This document shows positions 8,301-15,765 of a stretch of DNA of 64,000 bases, one piece after another (the first letter of the stretch is position 1; each line of letters begins with the position of its first letter). This DNA comes from Vicinamibacterales bacterium (lineage in GTDB: Bacteria; Acidobacteriota; Vicinamibacteria; Vicinamibacterales; UBA8438): positions 3,456,701 through 3,520,700 of the forward strand of contig OZ241843.1 in the NCBI GenBank assembly GCA_965202695.1, given 5' to 3'. A program made the translations under genes and the position numbers. Below the pieces are notes generated by a model. The model was not told where the DNA came from. It searched no databases and saw only the letters and a program-made list of their open reading frames with translations.

Positions 8301-8435
8301 TTCCGGTGGGAGTACCAGCCCGGCAGCGAGCTGTTCGTCGTGTACACCGACGAGCGCGACACCCTGGACCCGCGGGGTCCGTTCGTCCAGAACCGCGCCT
8401 TCGTCGTCAAGGCCACGCGCCTGCTGCGTTTCTGA
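5382..8435 (+). CDS. Outer-membrane DUF5916 / CBM9-like protein with an N-terminal TolB_N-like domain and an Ala/Pro-rich linker
   Basis: GTG start with gaaggg upstream and a signal-like N-terminus. FVNLSGDPADAWIGDGIAETLAADL marks the N-terminal domain. The low-complexity linker spans ~5760-6290. The C-terminal ~700 aa (DGRLDERVY...FVQQEPNEG...WGVNVQRR...) resembles the DUF5916 beta-barrel family. Confidence 0.65.
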   Translation: MSSAKFRRTAAAGLIAAAAAAAAPEAHGQTPPPAVRAAGPVAVAAFVNLSGDPADAWIGDGIAETLAADLGRPAGRLPAGLRVDGAYQQVGGRLRITAQLVDAGSGRVVAAARVDGPLADLFGLQDDLAARLGAGMRRAAADPASAGTGPRGSPGSPGGAPEAAPGSTGGAASRRASAPSAPPARAPAWSGGAASRRSAAQTPASAPPPAAAPGSAGGAASPGGPAPPVRAEAAPPAPAASGTRAAAVPPVFDAPAAASGPGASAAAARPAAAPGTGAGFAAPGAIDGPPPPLPPEVVARDARGRMTLRAIRLDAPLQLDGRLDERVYHDVPPVTDFVQQEPNEGAPAEDRTEVWVTFDADTLYVSARCWSRAPDRIVANEMKRDSYGMYGNETISVVLDTFYDRRNAFSFTTNAIGGLFDSLVTDERSQNIDWNTVWDVGAGRFDDGWTVEIAIPFKSLRYRAGPVQVWGVNVQRRVASTNETSFLTPIPASLSWAGAYKMSSAATLVGLEPPASGTRLEVKPYGISDVTTDVARAAGERTAAGGDVGFDVKYGVTQGLTADFTYNTDFAQVEVDEQQVNLTRFSLFFPEKREFFLEGQGIFDFGGGFTSDATAFYFGGGQFAGTAPILFFSRRIGLQDGRTVPIRAGGRLTGKAGPYSIGVLNVRTEETDAAAATDFSVFRVKRDVLRRSAVGALFTGRSVSLDGGGSNQVYGVDGLFSFHDNLNVTSWLAQSRLPGVSPDDALSYQARLDYRGDRWGFLAERLAVGADFRPEVGFVRRRDFRRNFLEGRFSPRPASIPAVRKFLFQGSLDYTTDGAGLPETRVRQGLFGVEFENGDLLYAGATDSYERLKRAFAMTPDITIPAGGYRFFNTRVVYALGQQRVVSGGLSFDRGGFFGGERTGVGYTFARVYLSSQLNVEPSVSFNWLALPEGDFTTELVSVRTTYTVTPRMFVAALVQYNSTLDSLGTNVRFRWEYQPGSELFVVYTDERDTLDPRGPFVQNRAFVVKATRLLRF

Positions 8436-8592
8436 CGGCGGGCGCCCGGCCGCGGCGTCTCCGCGGGGGAGCGTCCGAGGCGTCGCGGACCGGGGCGCGG
8501 CGCTCGGCCGCGGTGACGCCCGCGGGCAGCGCGGCGTTGTCGTTCCAGCTCTGGCGGCGGGCGCCCCGCCGCGGGGGAGCGTCCGAGGCGGG

Positions 8593-9036
8593 ATGACCGA
8601 CGCGAGCGGACCGTCCGACGCCGGCCGTCATCTGCTGCTGTACGACGGCGTGTGCGGGCTCTGCGACCGCTTCGTCGGCTTCGTGCTGGCGCACGACGGC
8701 CGGCGCCGCTTCCGGTTCGCGGCCCTGCAGAGCCGGGTGGGCCGGAGCGTCGTCGCGGCGCACGGCGGCGACCCGGACCGCCTCGACACCGTCTGGGTCG
8801 TCGCCGACTATGCGTCCGGGACGGCGCGCGTGCTGCGCCGTTCGGCCGCGGCGCTGTTCGTCCTCGACCAGCTCGGACCGCCCTGGCGCCTCGCGGCCGT
8901 CCTGCGCCGGGCGCCCGCGCCGCTGCTCGACTGGCTCTACGGCCGGGTGGCGGCGCGGCGCTATCGGGTCTTCGGCCGCCGCGCCGCCTGCCCGGCCCCG
9001 CGCCCCGAGTACCGGGATCGTTTCCTCGACGCCTGA
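8593..9036 (+). CDS. Thiol-disulfide oxidoreductase DCC family (DUF393)
   Basis: YDGVCGLCDRFVGFV CxxC motif; 147 aa. Confidence 0.75.
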   Translation: MTDASGPSDAGRHLLLYDGVCGLCDRFVGFVLAHDGRRRFRFAALQSRVGRSVVAAHGGDPDRLDTVWVVADYASGTARVLRRSAAALFVLDQLGPPWRLAAVLRRAPAPLLDWLYGRVAARRYRVFGRRAACPAPRPEYRDRFLDA

Positions 9037-9181
9037 CCCCGCGGGCGCGCGGCGGGAAGCCCGACGAGCTCACGAAAATCTGCGCCGTACAGCCTGACCC
9101 CGCGGGCGCGCGGCGGGAAGGCGGGACGGCAAGGCGTACGCCTCGCTGCGCCACCTGACCCCTCGGGGGCGCGGCGGGAAG
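9031..9181. CRISPR. Orphan CRISPR-like mini-array: 3 x 29-bp repeats, 2 x 32-bp unique spacers, exact 61-bp period
   Basis: Repeats sit at 9031-9059 and 9092-9120 (identical, gcctgaccccgcgggcgcgcggcgggaag) and at 9153-9181 (3 mismatches). Spacers are cccgacgagctcacgaaaatctgcgccgtaca and gcgggacggcaaggcgtacgcctcgctgcgcc. The reverse complement CTTCCCGCCGCGCGCCCGCGGGGTCAGGC has a CCGCG/CGCGG hairpin plus an 8-nt tail, as in type I-E repeats. Confidence 0.4.
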
Positions 9182-9310
9182 CCGACGCACGACGCCCCAC
9201 GACGCCCCACGACGTCCGCCCGCGAACGAAGTACGCAATAATTGCCACGTCTGCCGGCGCGCCGGTGGCGGTTTCCGCCACGTCGACGCCTCGCCGGTCC
9301 GAGGTGGCTC

Positions 9311-9967
9311 ATGTTGCAACGTCTTCGCGCCTTCGGGGTTTCGGCAATTGCCATAGGGGGGCTGCTGGCCGCGGCCCTGTTCGCGCTCGCGCCGGCGCCG
9401 GCCGGGGCGCAGGTGGTCGAACGGGTGGTCGACGGGGACACCATCATCGTGCGGGGCGTCGGCCGGGTGCGGCTGATCGGTGTCGACACCCCCGAGACGG
9501 TGAGCCCCGGCCGGCCGGTCGAATTTTTCGGACGGGAAGCGAGCGCGTTCACGAAGCGGCTGCTCGAAGGCCGGTCCGTGCGGCTGGAGTACGACCGGGA
9601 ACGGACGGACCGGTACGGGCGGACCCTCGCCTACGTCCATCTCGCGGACGGGACGTTCGCCAACGCCGAGATCGTCCGGTGGGGCTACGGCCACGCCTAT
9701 ACGCGGTTCCCGTTCCGCTATCTCGACCAGTTCCGGCAGCTCGAGCGCGAGGCGCGGGGTGCGGGGCGCGGGCTGTGGAACCCGTCGGCTTCGGCGGCGG
9801 CGGGGCGGTCCGGCGGCGGGACGGGCGGACTGCGGTGGGACGACAACGGCAACGGCCGGGTGTCGTGCGCCGAGGCGCGGCGCCACGGCATCGCGCCGGT
9901 GCGGCGCAGCCATCCCGCCTATGCGTACATGCGCGACGGCGACGGCGACGGCGTCGTGTGCGAGTGA
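9311..9967 (+). CDS. Secreted thermonuclease (SNase family) with a C-terminal excalibur Ca-binding domain
   Basis: ATG at 9311 after gaggtgg, followed by a signal peptide. VVDGDTIIVRG..VRLIGVDTPE and DRYGRTLAYV are SNase motifs. The C-terminus carries DGDGDGVVCE. Confidence 0.8.
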   Translation: MLQRLRAFGVSAIAIGGLLAAALFALAPAPAGAQVVERVVDGDTIIVRGVGRVRLIGVDTPETVSPGRPVEFFGREASAFTKRLLEGRSVRLEYDRERTDRYGRTLAYVHLADGTFANAEIVRWGYGHAYTRFPFRYLDQFRQLEREARGAGRGLWNPSASAAAGRSGGGTGGLRWDDNGNGRVSCAEARRHGIAPVRRSHPAYAYMRDGDGDGVVCE

Positions 9968-9974
9968 ACGGCCC

Positions 9975-10496
9975 ATGACGAGCCTGCTCGAGGAAGCGCT
10001 GGAGGCGTGGGACGGCGCCCGCCAGGGCGTCATCGCCGAGGCGGCGGGCATACCGGCCCGCGACTACGGCTTCCGGCCCGCGCCGGAGGTCCGGTCGGTG
10101 GCGGAGCTGGTGGCCCACGTCGTGGCCACCGGCATGATGTGGACGAACGAGCTCACCCGGCCCACCGCCGACTTCACCCGCATGAGCTTCCCGGCGTTCA
10201 TCCGCCACTATGCCGGCGCGGCCGCCGAGCGCCGGCCGCGGGCCGAGTGGCTGCGCCTGCTGCGCAGCAGCTTCCGCCACGGCGCCGGCCAGATCCGCGC
10301 CGCCGGCGAGCTGCAGATGCTTCAGTACGTGCGGCGGTTCGACGGCGCGCGGGGGACCCGCCTGACCTGGATGCACCACGGCATCGCGCACGAGGAGTAC
10401 CACCGGGCGCAGCTCGCGCTCTATGCCCGTCTGCTGGGCCGCACGCCGGCCCTGACGCGGGCGATCGAGGCCGCCGACGCCGACCGCCCGCGGTGA
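9975..10496 (+). CDS. DinB-family protein
   Basis: Four-helix DinB-like pattern (ELVAHVV...HHGIAHEEYHRAQL); in frame within ORF 9759..10496. Confidence 0.6.
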   Translation: MTSLLEEALEAWDGARQGVIAEAAGIPARDYGFRPAPEVRSVAELVAHVVATGMMWTNELTRPTADFTRMSFPAFIRHYAGAAAERRPRAEWLRLLRSSFRHGAGQIRAAGELQMLQYVRRFDGARGTRLTWMHHGIAHEEYHRAQLALYARLLGRTPALTRAIEAADADRPR

Positions 10497-10742
10497 ACGG
10501 CCCCGCGGTATTGGAAAACCGGCGCCGCATCCCGCCGGACGGCGTCGTTCGCCGTGCCGCCTCGCGGTCCGCGGGCGCCCGGTTTGCGCCCGTTCCCGCG
10601 CCTCGTCAGGCTGACGCTCTTCCCGCCGGCCCCCTCCGGCCGCGGGCGCGCGGATTCCACGCCAAGTGTGGTACATCTATCCGCCGGAGGCGGCGGCGCG
10701 GGGCCTCGCGCGGACGACGCGCATACGCGGGAGCGAGCAGAA

Positions 10743-11645
10743 ATGACACGCAGCAGGATACTCGGCGGGATCGTGGCGGCCGGCGCGGCGTCGGTCGGCG
10801 TCAGCGGGTTCCAGACGCTCGATCGGGACGCGGTCGACGCGGCGGTCATCGAGCAGGTCAGGGACAACCTCTACGTCATCACGGGGTCGTCGCCGGTGGA
10901 CCGGTCGCGGTTCAGCGGCGGCAACGTCGGCGTCTTCGTGATGGAGGAGGGCGTGGCCGTCGTCGACACCAAGCTGCCCGGCTGGGGGCCGGTGATCCTC
11001 GAACGCATCCGGTCGGTCACCGACAAGCCCGTGGTCACCATCGTCAACACGCACACCCACGGCGACCACGTGGGCAGCAACGGGTTCTTCCCCGACACGG
11101 TGCGGATCGCGGCCCACGAGAACACGAAGGCGAACATGCGGCGCATGGACGACTTCCAGGGCGCCAACGCGCGGCACCTGCCCGACGCCACCTATTCCGA
11201 GCGGATGAGCCTCGGCTCCGGCGCGGACCGCATCGACCTGTACCACTTCGGGGCGGGGCACACCGACGGCGACACTTTCGTCGTGTATCCGGCCCTCGGC
11301 GTGCTGCAGGCCGGCGACATGTTCCCGTGGCGCGACGCGCCGTTCCTCGACACGAACAACGGCGGCAGCGGGCTCGCCCTGCCCGGGACGCTGGCCGCGG
11401 TGATCGCCAACGTCGAGGGCGTGGACGTCGTGGTTCCCGGGCACGTCCCGGTGACCACGTGGGAGAGCTTCCAGGAGTTCCAGCGCTATACCGCGGACCT
11501 GGTGGACGCGGTGCGGACCGGGAAGGGCCAGGGCCTGAGCGCCGACGAGGTGGCGGGCGCCATCGACCTGTCGCCGGGGTATCCCGAGTACGACTCCACG
11601 CGCGTCGACGCCGCGGTCCGGGTGATCTACGACGAGCTGCCGTAG
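10743..11645 (+). CDS. MBL-fold metallo-hydrolase (secreted)
   Basis: NTHTHGDHVG motif and a signal-like N-terminus. Paralog of the gene at 21855..22781. Confidence 0.75.
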   Translation: MTRSRILGGIVAAGAASVGVSGFQTLDRDAVDAAVIEQVRDNLYVITGSSPVDRSRFSGGNVGVFVMEEGVAVVDTKLPGWGPVILERIRSVTDKPVVTIVNTHTHGDHVGSNGFFPDTVRIAAHENTKANMRRMDDFQGANARHLPDATYSERMSLGSGADRIDLYHFGAGHTDGDTFVVYPALGVLQAGDMFPWRDAPFLDTNNGGSGLALPGTLAAVIANVEGVDVVVPGHVPVTTWESFQEFQRYTADLVDAVRTGKGQGLSADEVAGAIDLSPGYPEYDSTRVDAAVRVIYDELP

Positions 11646-11783
11646 CCGCCGGCCCCGTCGCCGACTCCGCCGCCGGTCCGCGGCGCGCGGAAGCGGGTCG
11701 GCTGGCCCGGCGCCGGGCGGCGCGCGGCGCTCCGCTCGGGCCGGCGGTCGCGGCGCTCCGTTCGGGGCGGCCGGCTGCGCCGG

Positions 11784-11984
11784 CTAGAGCGACTTCGGCC
11801 CCGCGACCACCCGCGCCGGGAACAGGATGATGGCGGCGAGCAGCGCGAAGACCCCGGTCACCGCGATGCCGAGGAGCCGCAACGGCAGCAGCAGCAGCCA
11901 GACGACGGGGTAGAGCAGCAGCGCGAACAGCGCCACCGGCCAGCACAGCACGAAGAGGATGCACCAGAGCAGGAATTTCGTCAT
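11784..11984 (-). CDS. Small hydrophobic membrane protein (66 aa)
   Basis: MTKFLLWCILFVLCWPVALFALLLYPVVWLLLLPLRLLGIAVTGVFALLAAIILFP; two TM-like stretches. Confidence 0.45.
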   Translation of the reverse strand: MTKFLLWCILFVLCWPVALFALLLYPVVWLLLLPLRLLGIAVTGVFALLAAIILFPARVVAGPKSL

Positions 11985-12202
11985 GGTTCTATCCGATTCT
12001 GACGCAGGACCGGCGCCGCCGGTTCCCGGCCGGGGCAAGGAGTGACGATGCCGCGTTGACCGGCCCGGTCCGCCGGTGCTCCGCTGCTGGCGGCAGGTCG
12101 AGACGGCGCCCGGGGGGCCGGCGCCCCGGTGCGGGCGGGACGTCGCCGGCTGACCGGCGCCCGGCGCCGCGGTTCGACCATGGAGACCATCGAGGAGGAG
12201 TC

Positions 12203-13510
12203 ATGACGAGATCGACGACGAGAGGGCTGGCGCTGATCGCGGTGCTGGCCGCGGCGGTACTGGCGGGGCGGGCGAACGCGCCGGCCGACCTGCCGCGGAT
12301 GGACGGCGTGCCGACCGCGGACCCCGAGGCGGTGGGCATGTCCGCCGAGCGGCTCGAGCGCCTCGACCGCGTGATGCAGGGCTACGTCGACCGCCGCGAA
12401 GTCGCCGGGGTCGTGACCCTGGTGGCGCGGCGGGGCAAGGTGGTGCACTTCTCGGCCCTGGGCCAGCGCGACGTCGAGGCCGGTGCCCCGATGACCCACG
12501 ACACCATCTTCCGCATCGCGTCGATGACCAAGCCCATCGCCTCGGTCGCGCTGATGATGCTCTACGAGGAGGGCCGCTTCCAGTTGCGCGACCCCATCGC
12601 CCGGTGGCTGCCGGAGTTCGCCGACGTGGAGGTGGCGGTTCCCGCGCCGCCGCAAGAGCGGCTGACCGGCCGCTACAAGACCGTGCCGGCGGCCCGGCCC
12701 ATCACCGTGCAGCACGTCCTGACCCACACCGCGGGGCTCGCGAACACCTACCGCGGCATCACCCAGCCCGAGTTCCAGGAGGTGGTGGCGCCGCGGAAGC
12801 CCGGCGACACGGTGGGCGACATGCTCGGGCGGCTCGCGTCCCTGCCCCTCAACTTCCACCCCGGCGACCACTGGGAGTACGGGCGGGCCACCGACGTGGT
12901 GGGCCGGCTCGTCGAAGTGATGTCGGGGCGGCGCCTCGACGAGTTCCTGCAGGAGCGGATATTCGAGCCGCTCGACATGACCGACACCCACTTCTATCTG
13001 CCCGCGTCGAAGCTCGGCCGGTTCGCCGCGCTCTACCGTCCGGACGCGGACGGGAAGATAGCGCTGGCGGAGGCCCCGACGGCCGAGAGCCGCTTCGTGG
13101 CCGGGCCCCACACCTACTTCAGCGGCGCCGGCGGGCTGGTGTCGACGGCGCGCGACTACTTCCGCTTCCACCAGATGATGCTGAACGGCGGCGAGCTCGA
13201 CGGCGCGCGCATCCTCGGCCGCAAGACGGTCGAGCTGATGACCGCCAACCACACCGGCGACAAGGGGATCTGGCTGGCCGGGCCGGGCTACGGGTTCGGC
13301 CTGGGCTACGCGGTGGTGACCGACCTCGGGCCGTCGGGCACGCCGCGCTCGGAAGGGTCCTACTACTGGGGCGGCGCGTTCGGCACCATCTTCTGGGTCG
13401 ACCCGTCGGAGGAGCTCGTCGGCATCCTGATGGAGCAGATCCGGCCGTACACCCATCTCAACGTCCGGCCGGACCTCGCGACGATGACCTACCAGGCGAT
13501 CGTCGACTGA
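12203..13510 (+). CDS. Serine hydrolase, beta-lactamase/esterase family (class C-like)
   Basis: ATG after gaggaggag, then a signal peptide. SxxK motif (IASMTKPI). Confidence 0.8.
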   Translation: MTRSTTRGLALIAVLAAAVLAGRANAPADLPRMDGVPTADPEAVGMSAERLERLDRVMQGYVDRREVAGVVTLVARRGKVVHFSALGQRDVEAGAPMTHDTIFRIASMTKPIASVALMMLYEEGRFQLRDPIARWLPEFADVEVAVPAPPQERLTGRYKTVPAARPITVQHVLTHTAGLANTYRGITQPEFQEVVAPRKPGDTVGDMLGRLASLPLNFHPGDHWEYGRATDVVGRLVEVMSGRRLDEFLQERIFEPLDMTDTHFYLPASKLGRFAALYRPDADGKIALAEAPTAESRFVAGPHTYFSGAGGLVSTARDYFRFHQMMLNGGELDGARILGRKTVELMTANHTGDKGIWLAGPGYGFGLGYAVVTDLGPSGTPRSEGSYYWGGAFGTIFWVDPSEELVGILMEQIRPYTHLNVRPDLATMTYQAIVD

Positions 13511-13641
13511 ACCGGCGCTTCCCGCGGTTCGGGCGCGCCCGGGGCGGCGGCGCCCGGGCCGCGGGCGGCCAGTCCATCGAGCCGGCCCGCCCCCGCCGCC
13601 GCGGTTCGGGCGCACCGTGCCGGCCCGGTCGGGGACCGGTG

Positions 13642-13836
13642 ATGCTGAAGTGGCTCGTTCTCGCGACGGTGGGGTGGTGGATCGGCCGCGCGCTCCTCGA
13701 CGGCCTGCGCCGGGCCGCCCACCGCCCCCCGCCACCGCGCCGGCGTTTCGACGCCTTCACCCTCGTCGCCATCCTCATCGTCGTGCTGTGGTCGCTGCCG
13801 CTCGTGCTCCCCTTCGTCAGGGACCTGCTGGACTGA
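13642..13836 (+). CDS. Small membrane protein (64 aa), hypothetical
   Basis: MLKWLVLATVGWWIGRALL...FTLVAILIVVLWSLPLVLPF; in frame at the end of shadow ORF 12604..13836. Confidence 0.35.
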   Translation: MLKWLVLATVGWWIGRALLDGLRRAAHRPPPPRRRFDAFTLVAILIVVLWSLPLVLPFVRDLLD

Positions 13837-14252
13837 CGGCCCCGGCGGATACCCCTCGCCGGTCGGGGCGGCGGCCACGCCCGGGCGCACCCGGCACGAA
13901 GCCATTCGGCGACCTCGGCCCGCGGCGCCGCCTGCGGGCGCTTGTCCACCGTCATGGGGCTGGTCGTTGTCGCCCGGGTGCGGCGGGCGCGATCTGAACG
14001 CTGACGGTGCTGGCCGACGGCATGGGGGCGCCGAGGCGGGCCGGGCTGGCGGTGGTCGCTGCGCATGCGGCCGGAGGACGCCAACGTCGGATTTCCGTTC
14101 AGACACGTGCACGCTACAATGCAACTGCAAGGCGAAAGGAGAACCCATGATCCGGCGGCCGCGTGGGCGGACAGGTTGTCGAGGGATCACACGGCGACGA
14201 AAAGAAGCCGGAGACGGTGGACGCCAGACCGAAATCGTCAGGAGCCACGACC

Positions 14253-14534
14253 ATGATGCTGACGGGCGAAACGAAAGAGCAACAGGAACGCAGACTGCGT
14301 GAAGACAACGCGTGGGCGGGCGAAGTCGGGATGGTGCTCAAGGACGAAGCGCCGGACGACGTCACGCCGGACGAGCTGGCCGGCCTGCGCCTTCAGGCGC
14401 AGGCGAAGCTGTCGCGGGAGCTGGTGGAGCTGAGCGGCACGGAACCGCGCCGAACGGCGCGAAGCTTCGAGAACTTCGAAGAGTACGAAGAGTGGAAACT
14501 GCGGGAAGGGGAGTACGTTGAAAAAGGTCGATGA
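14253..14534 (+). CDS. Small charged helical protein (93 aa), partner of the downstream NTase
   Basis: ATG at 14253 with aggag 8 nt upstream, in a lower-G+C stretch. Its last 17 nt overlap the next gene. Confidence 0.5.
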   Translation: MMLTGETKEQQERRLREDNAWAGEVGMVLKDEAPDDVTPDELAGLRLQAQAKLSRELVELSGTEPRRTARSFENFEEYEEWKLREGEYVEKGR

Positions 14535-15150
14535 GGACTTCCTGTACGTGTGCGGACTGCTGAACGAACACGGAGCGGAATACATAACGGGCGGCGCCGT
14601 GGCGATGGGTCTGCATGGGCACGTACGGGCGACGAGAGACATCGACGTGATGATACCTTCGGATCTCGAGAACACGAGAAGGGTCTTGGCGGCGCTCGAG
14701 AAGCTGCCGATGAGAGCCGCGCAGGAAATGAGTCCGGAAACGGTGAACGAGAAGGCGATAACGATAATCGGAGACGACCCCAAGGTCGATCTGATGAAGG
14801 CCATGGGACCGCTGTCGTACCGGGAAGCCGCTGAAACGGCGGAAACGAGGACGATCCGGGGAATAACGGTGCGGTACCTTTCGCTGGACGCCTTGAAGAA
14901 GGCGAAGGAGACCGGCAGGGACCAGGACCGGGTCGATCTGGAAGAACTGAAGCGGATAGAGATGCATCGCAGGGACGGAACATCCTCGAACGCCGCGGGG
15001 AGTTTCACCGCGGGCGGTCAGCGTCCGGGCGCCGCCCGGACCACCTCCAGCGCGATGCCGTCGGGACAGTCGGCCGATTCGGCCAGGCGGGCTTCGACCA
15101 CCACGTCGTCCCCCGCCGCGAGCCCGCGCCGGTCGCCGGTCAGCACGTAG
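14518..15150 (+). CDS. Small nucleotidyltransferase-fold protein (second minimal NTase); 3' end uncertain
   Basis: TTG start. Carries ITGGAVAMGLHGHVRATRDIDVMI plus LSLDALKKAKETGRDQDRVDLEEL, the same architecture as 1832..2398. The last ~45 codons are Ser/Ala/Arg-rich, high-G+C, and overlap the convergent gene. Confidence 0.55.
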   Translation: MKKVDEDFLYVCGLLNEHGAEYITGGAVAMGLHGHVRATRDIDVMIPSDLENTRRVLAALEKLPMRAAQEMSPETVNEKAITIIGDDPKVDLMKAMGPLSYREAAETAETRTIRGITVRYLSLDALKKAKETGRDQDRVDLEELKRIEMHRRDGTSSNAAGSFTAGGQRPGAARTTSSAMPSGQSADSARRASTTTSSPAASPRRSPVST

Positions 15151-15602
15151 CGCTCTCCGCCTTCGCCGCCCTCCTGCAGCACGAGGCAGCCCTCCGCGCC
15201 CTCGGTGACCCGGCCGCGGCGTTGCAGGGCGCCGTCGGGTTCGGTGACGTGGAACGGGGCGGACACCGCCAGCGGCCGGAAGTAGACGTCGACGAGGACG
15301 AAGAAGTGGGTCCGGTCGGTGGTGGCCCAGGACGGCACCTCGACGACCGTCGACATCGTGCCGAACTCGTCGGTCACGAGCCGGGCGAGGACCTCGAAGC
15401 TGGACCGGGTGGCGCCCAGGCCCAGGTAGATCGGCGTGACGGCCGGCAAGTCGGCCGTCTCCACCGTCACCGCGTCGCCGGCGGCGCCGCTGCCGGGCGA
15501 GAAGACCGGGGCCCGCGTGTGCACGGGGTCCAGCGGCTGGTTGACGCGGTTGCCCGGCGCGGGCTGCTGCATGGCCACGGGTGACTCTGCCGTGTGCGTC
15601 AT
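15018..15602 (-). CDS. Hypothetical protein (194 aa)
   Basis: ORF 15018..15854 trimmed to the ATG at 15600-15602 (MTHTAESPVAMQQ...). Composition is coding-like. The C-terminus (YVLTGD..G..VVVEARL...C.DG.ALEV) vaguely resembles DUF5818. Confidence 0.5.
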   Translation of the reverse strand: MTHTAESPVAMQQPAPGNRVNQPLDPVHTRAPVFSPGSGAAGDAVTVETADLPAVTPIYLGLGATRSSFEVLARLVTDEFGTMSTVVEVPSWATTDRTHFFVLVDVYFRPLAVSAPFHVTEPDGALQRRGRVTEGAEGCLVLQEGGEGGERYVLTGDRRGLAAGDDVVVEARLAESADCPDGIALEVVRAAPGR

Positions 15603-15765
15603 CTTATCAGCCCGCGCCGCCCGCGGCGAACCGGGAGAGCCGGGGGGCGCCGGTTCCGCCGCGACCGGCCGGGCGCCGCGACCGGCCGGAAGCCGGAGGC
15701 GAGGCGGAAGGGGCGGCGATCTGCTACACTTGCCCGGTTCAGGCCCGGCTGGTTCGAGGCGCATC

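Noticed and set aside
14147-14302. A 51-codon Arg-rich ORF (MIRRPRGRTGCRGITRRRKEAGDGG...) with an excellent aaaggag RBS 7 nt upstream of its ATG.
   Set aside because: It overlaps the better-supported 14253..14534 gene in another frame. Its composition looks non-protein-like and nothing corroborates it. It could still be a real leader peptide; only ribosome profiling would settle that.
15608-15634. Additional short matches to the dispersed repeat family at 15608-15634, 44624-44668 and 61237-61303.
   Set aside because: They are too short and too GC-rich to rule out chance similarity by eye. They are mentioned in the finding but not listed as features; a genome-wide HMM scan is needed.
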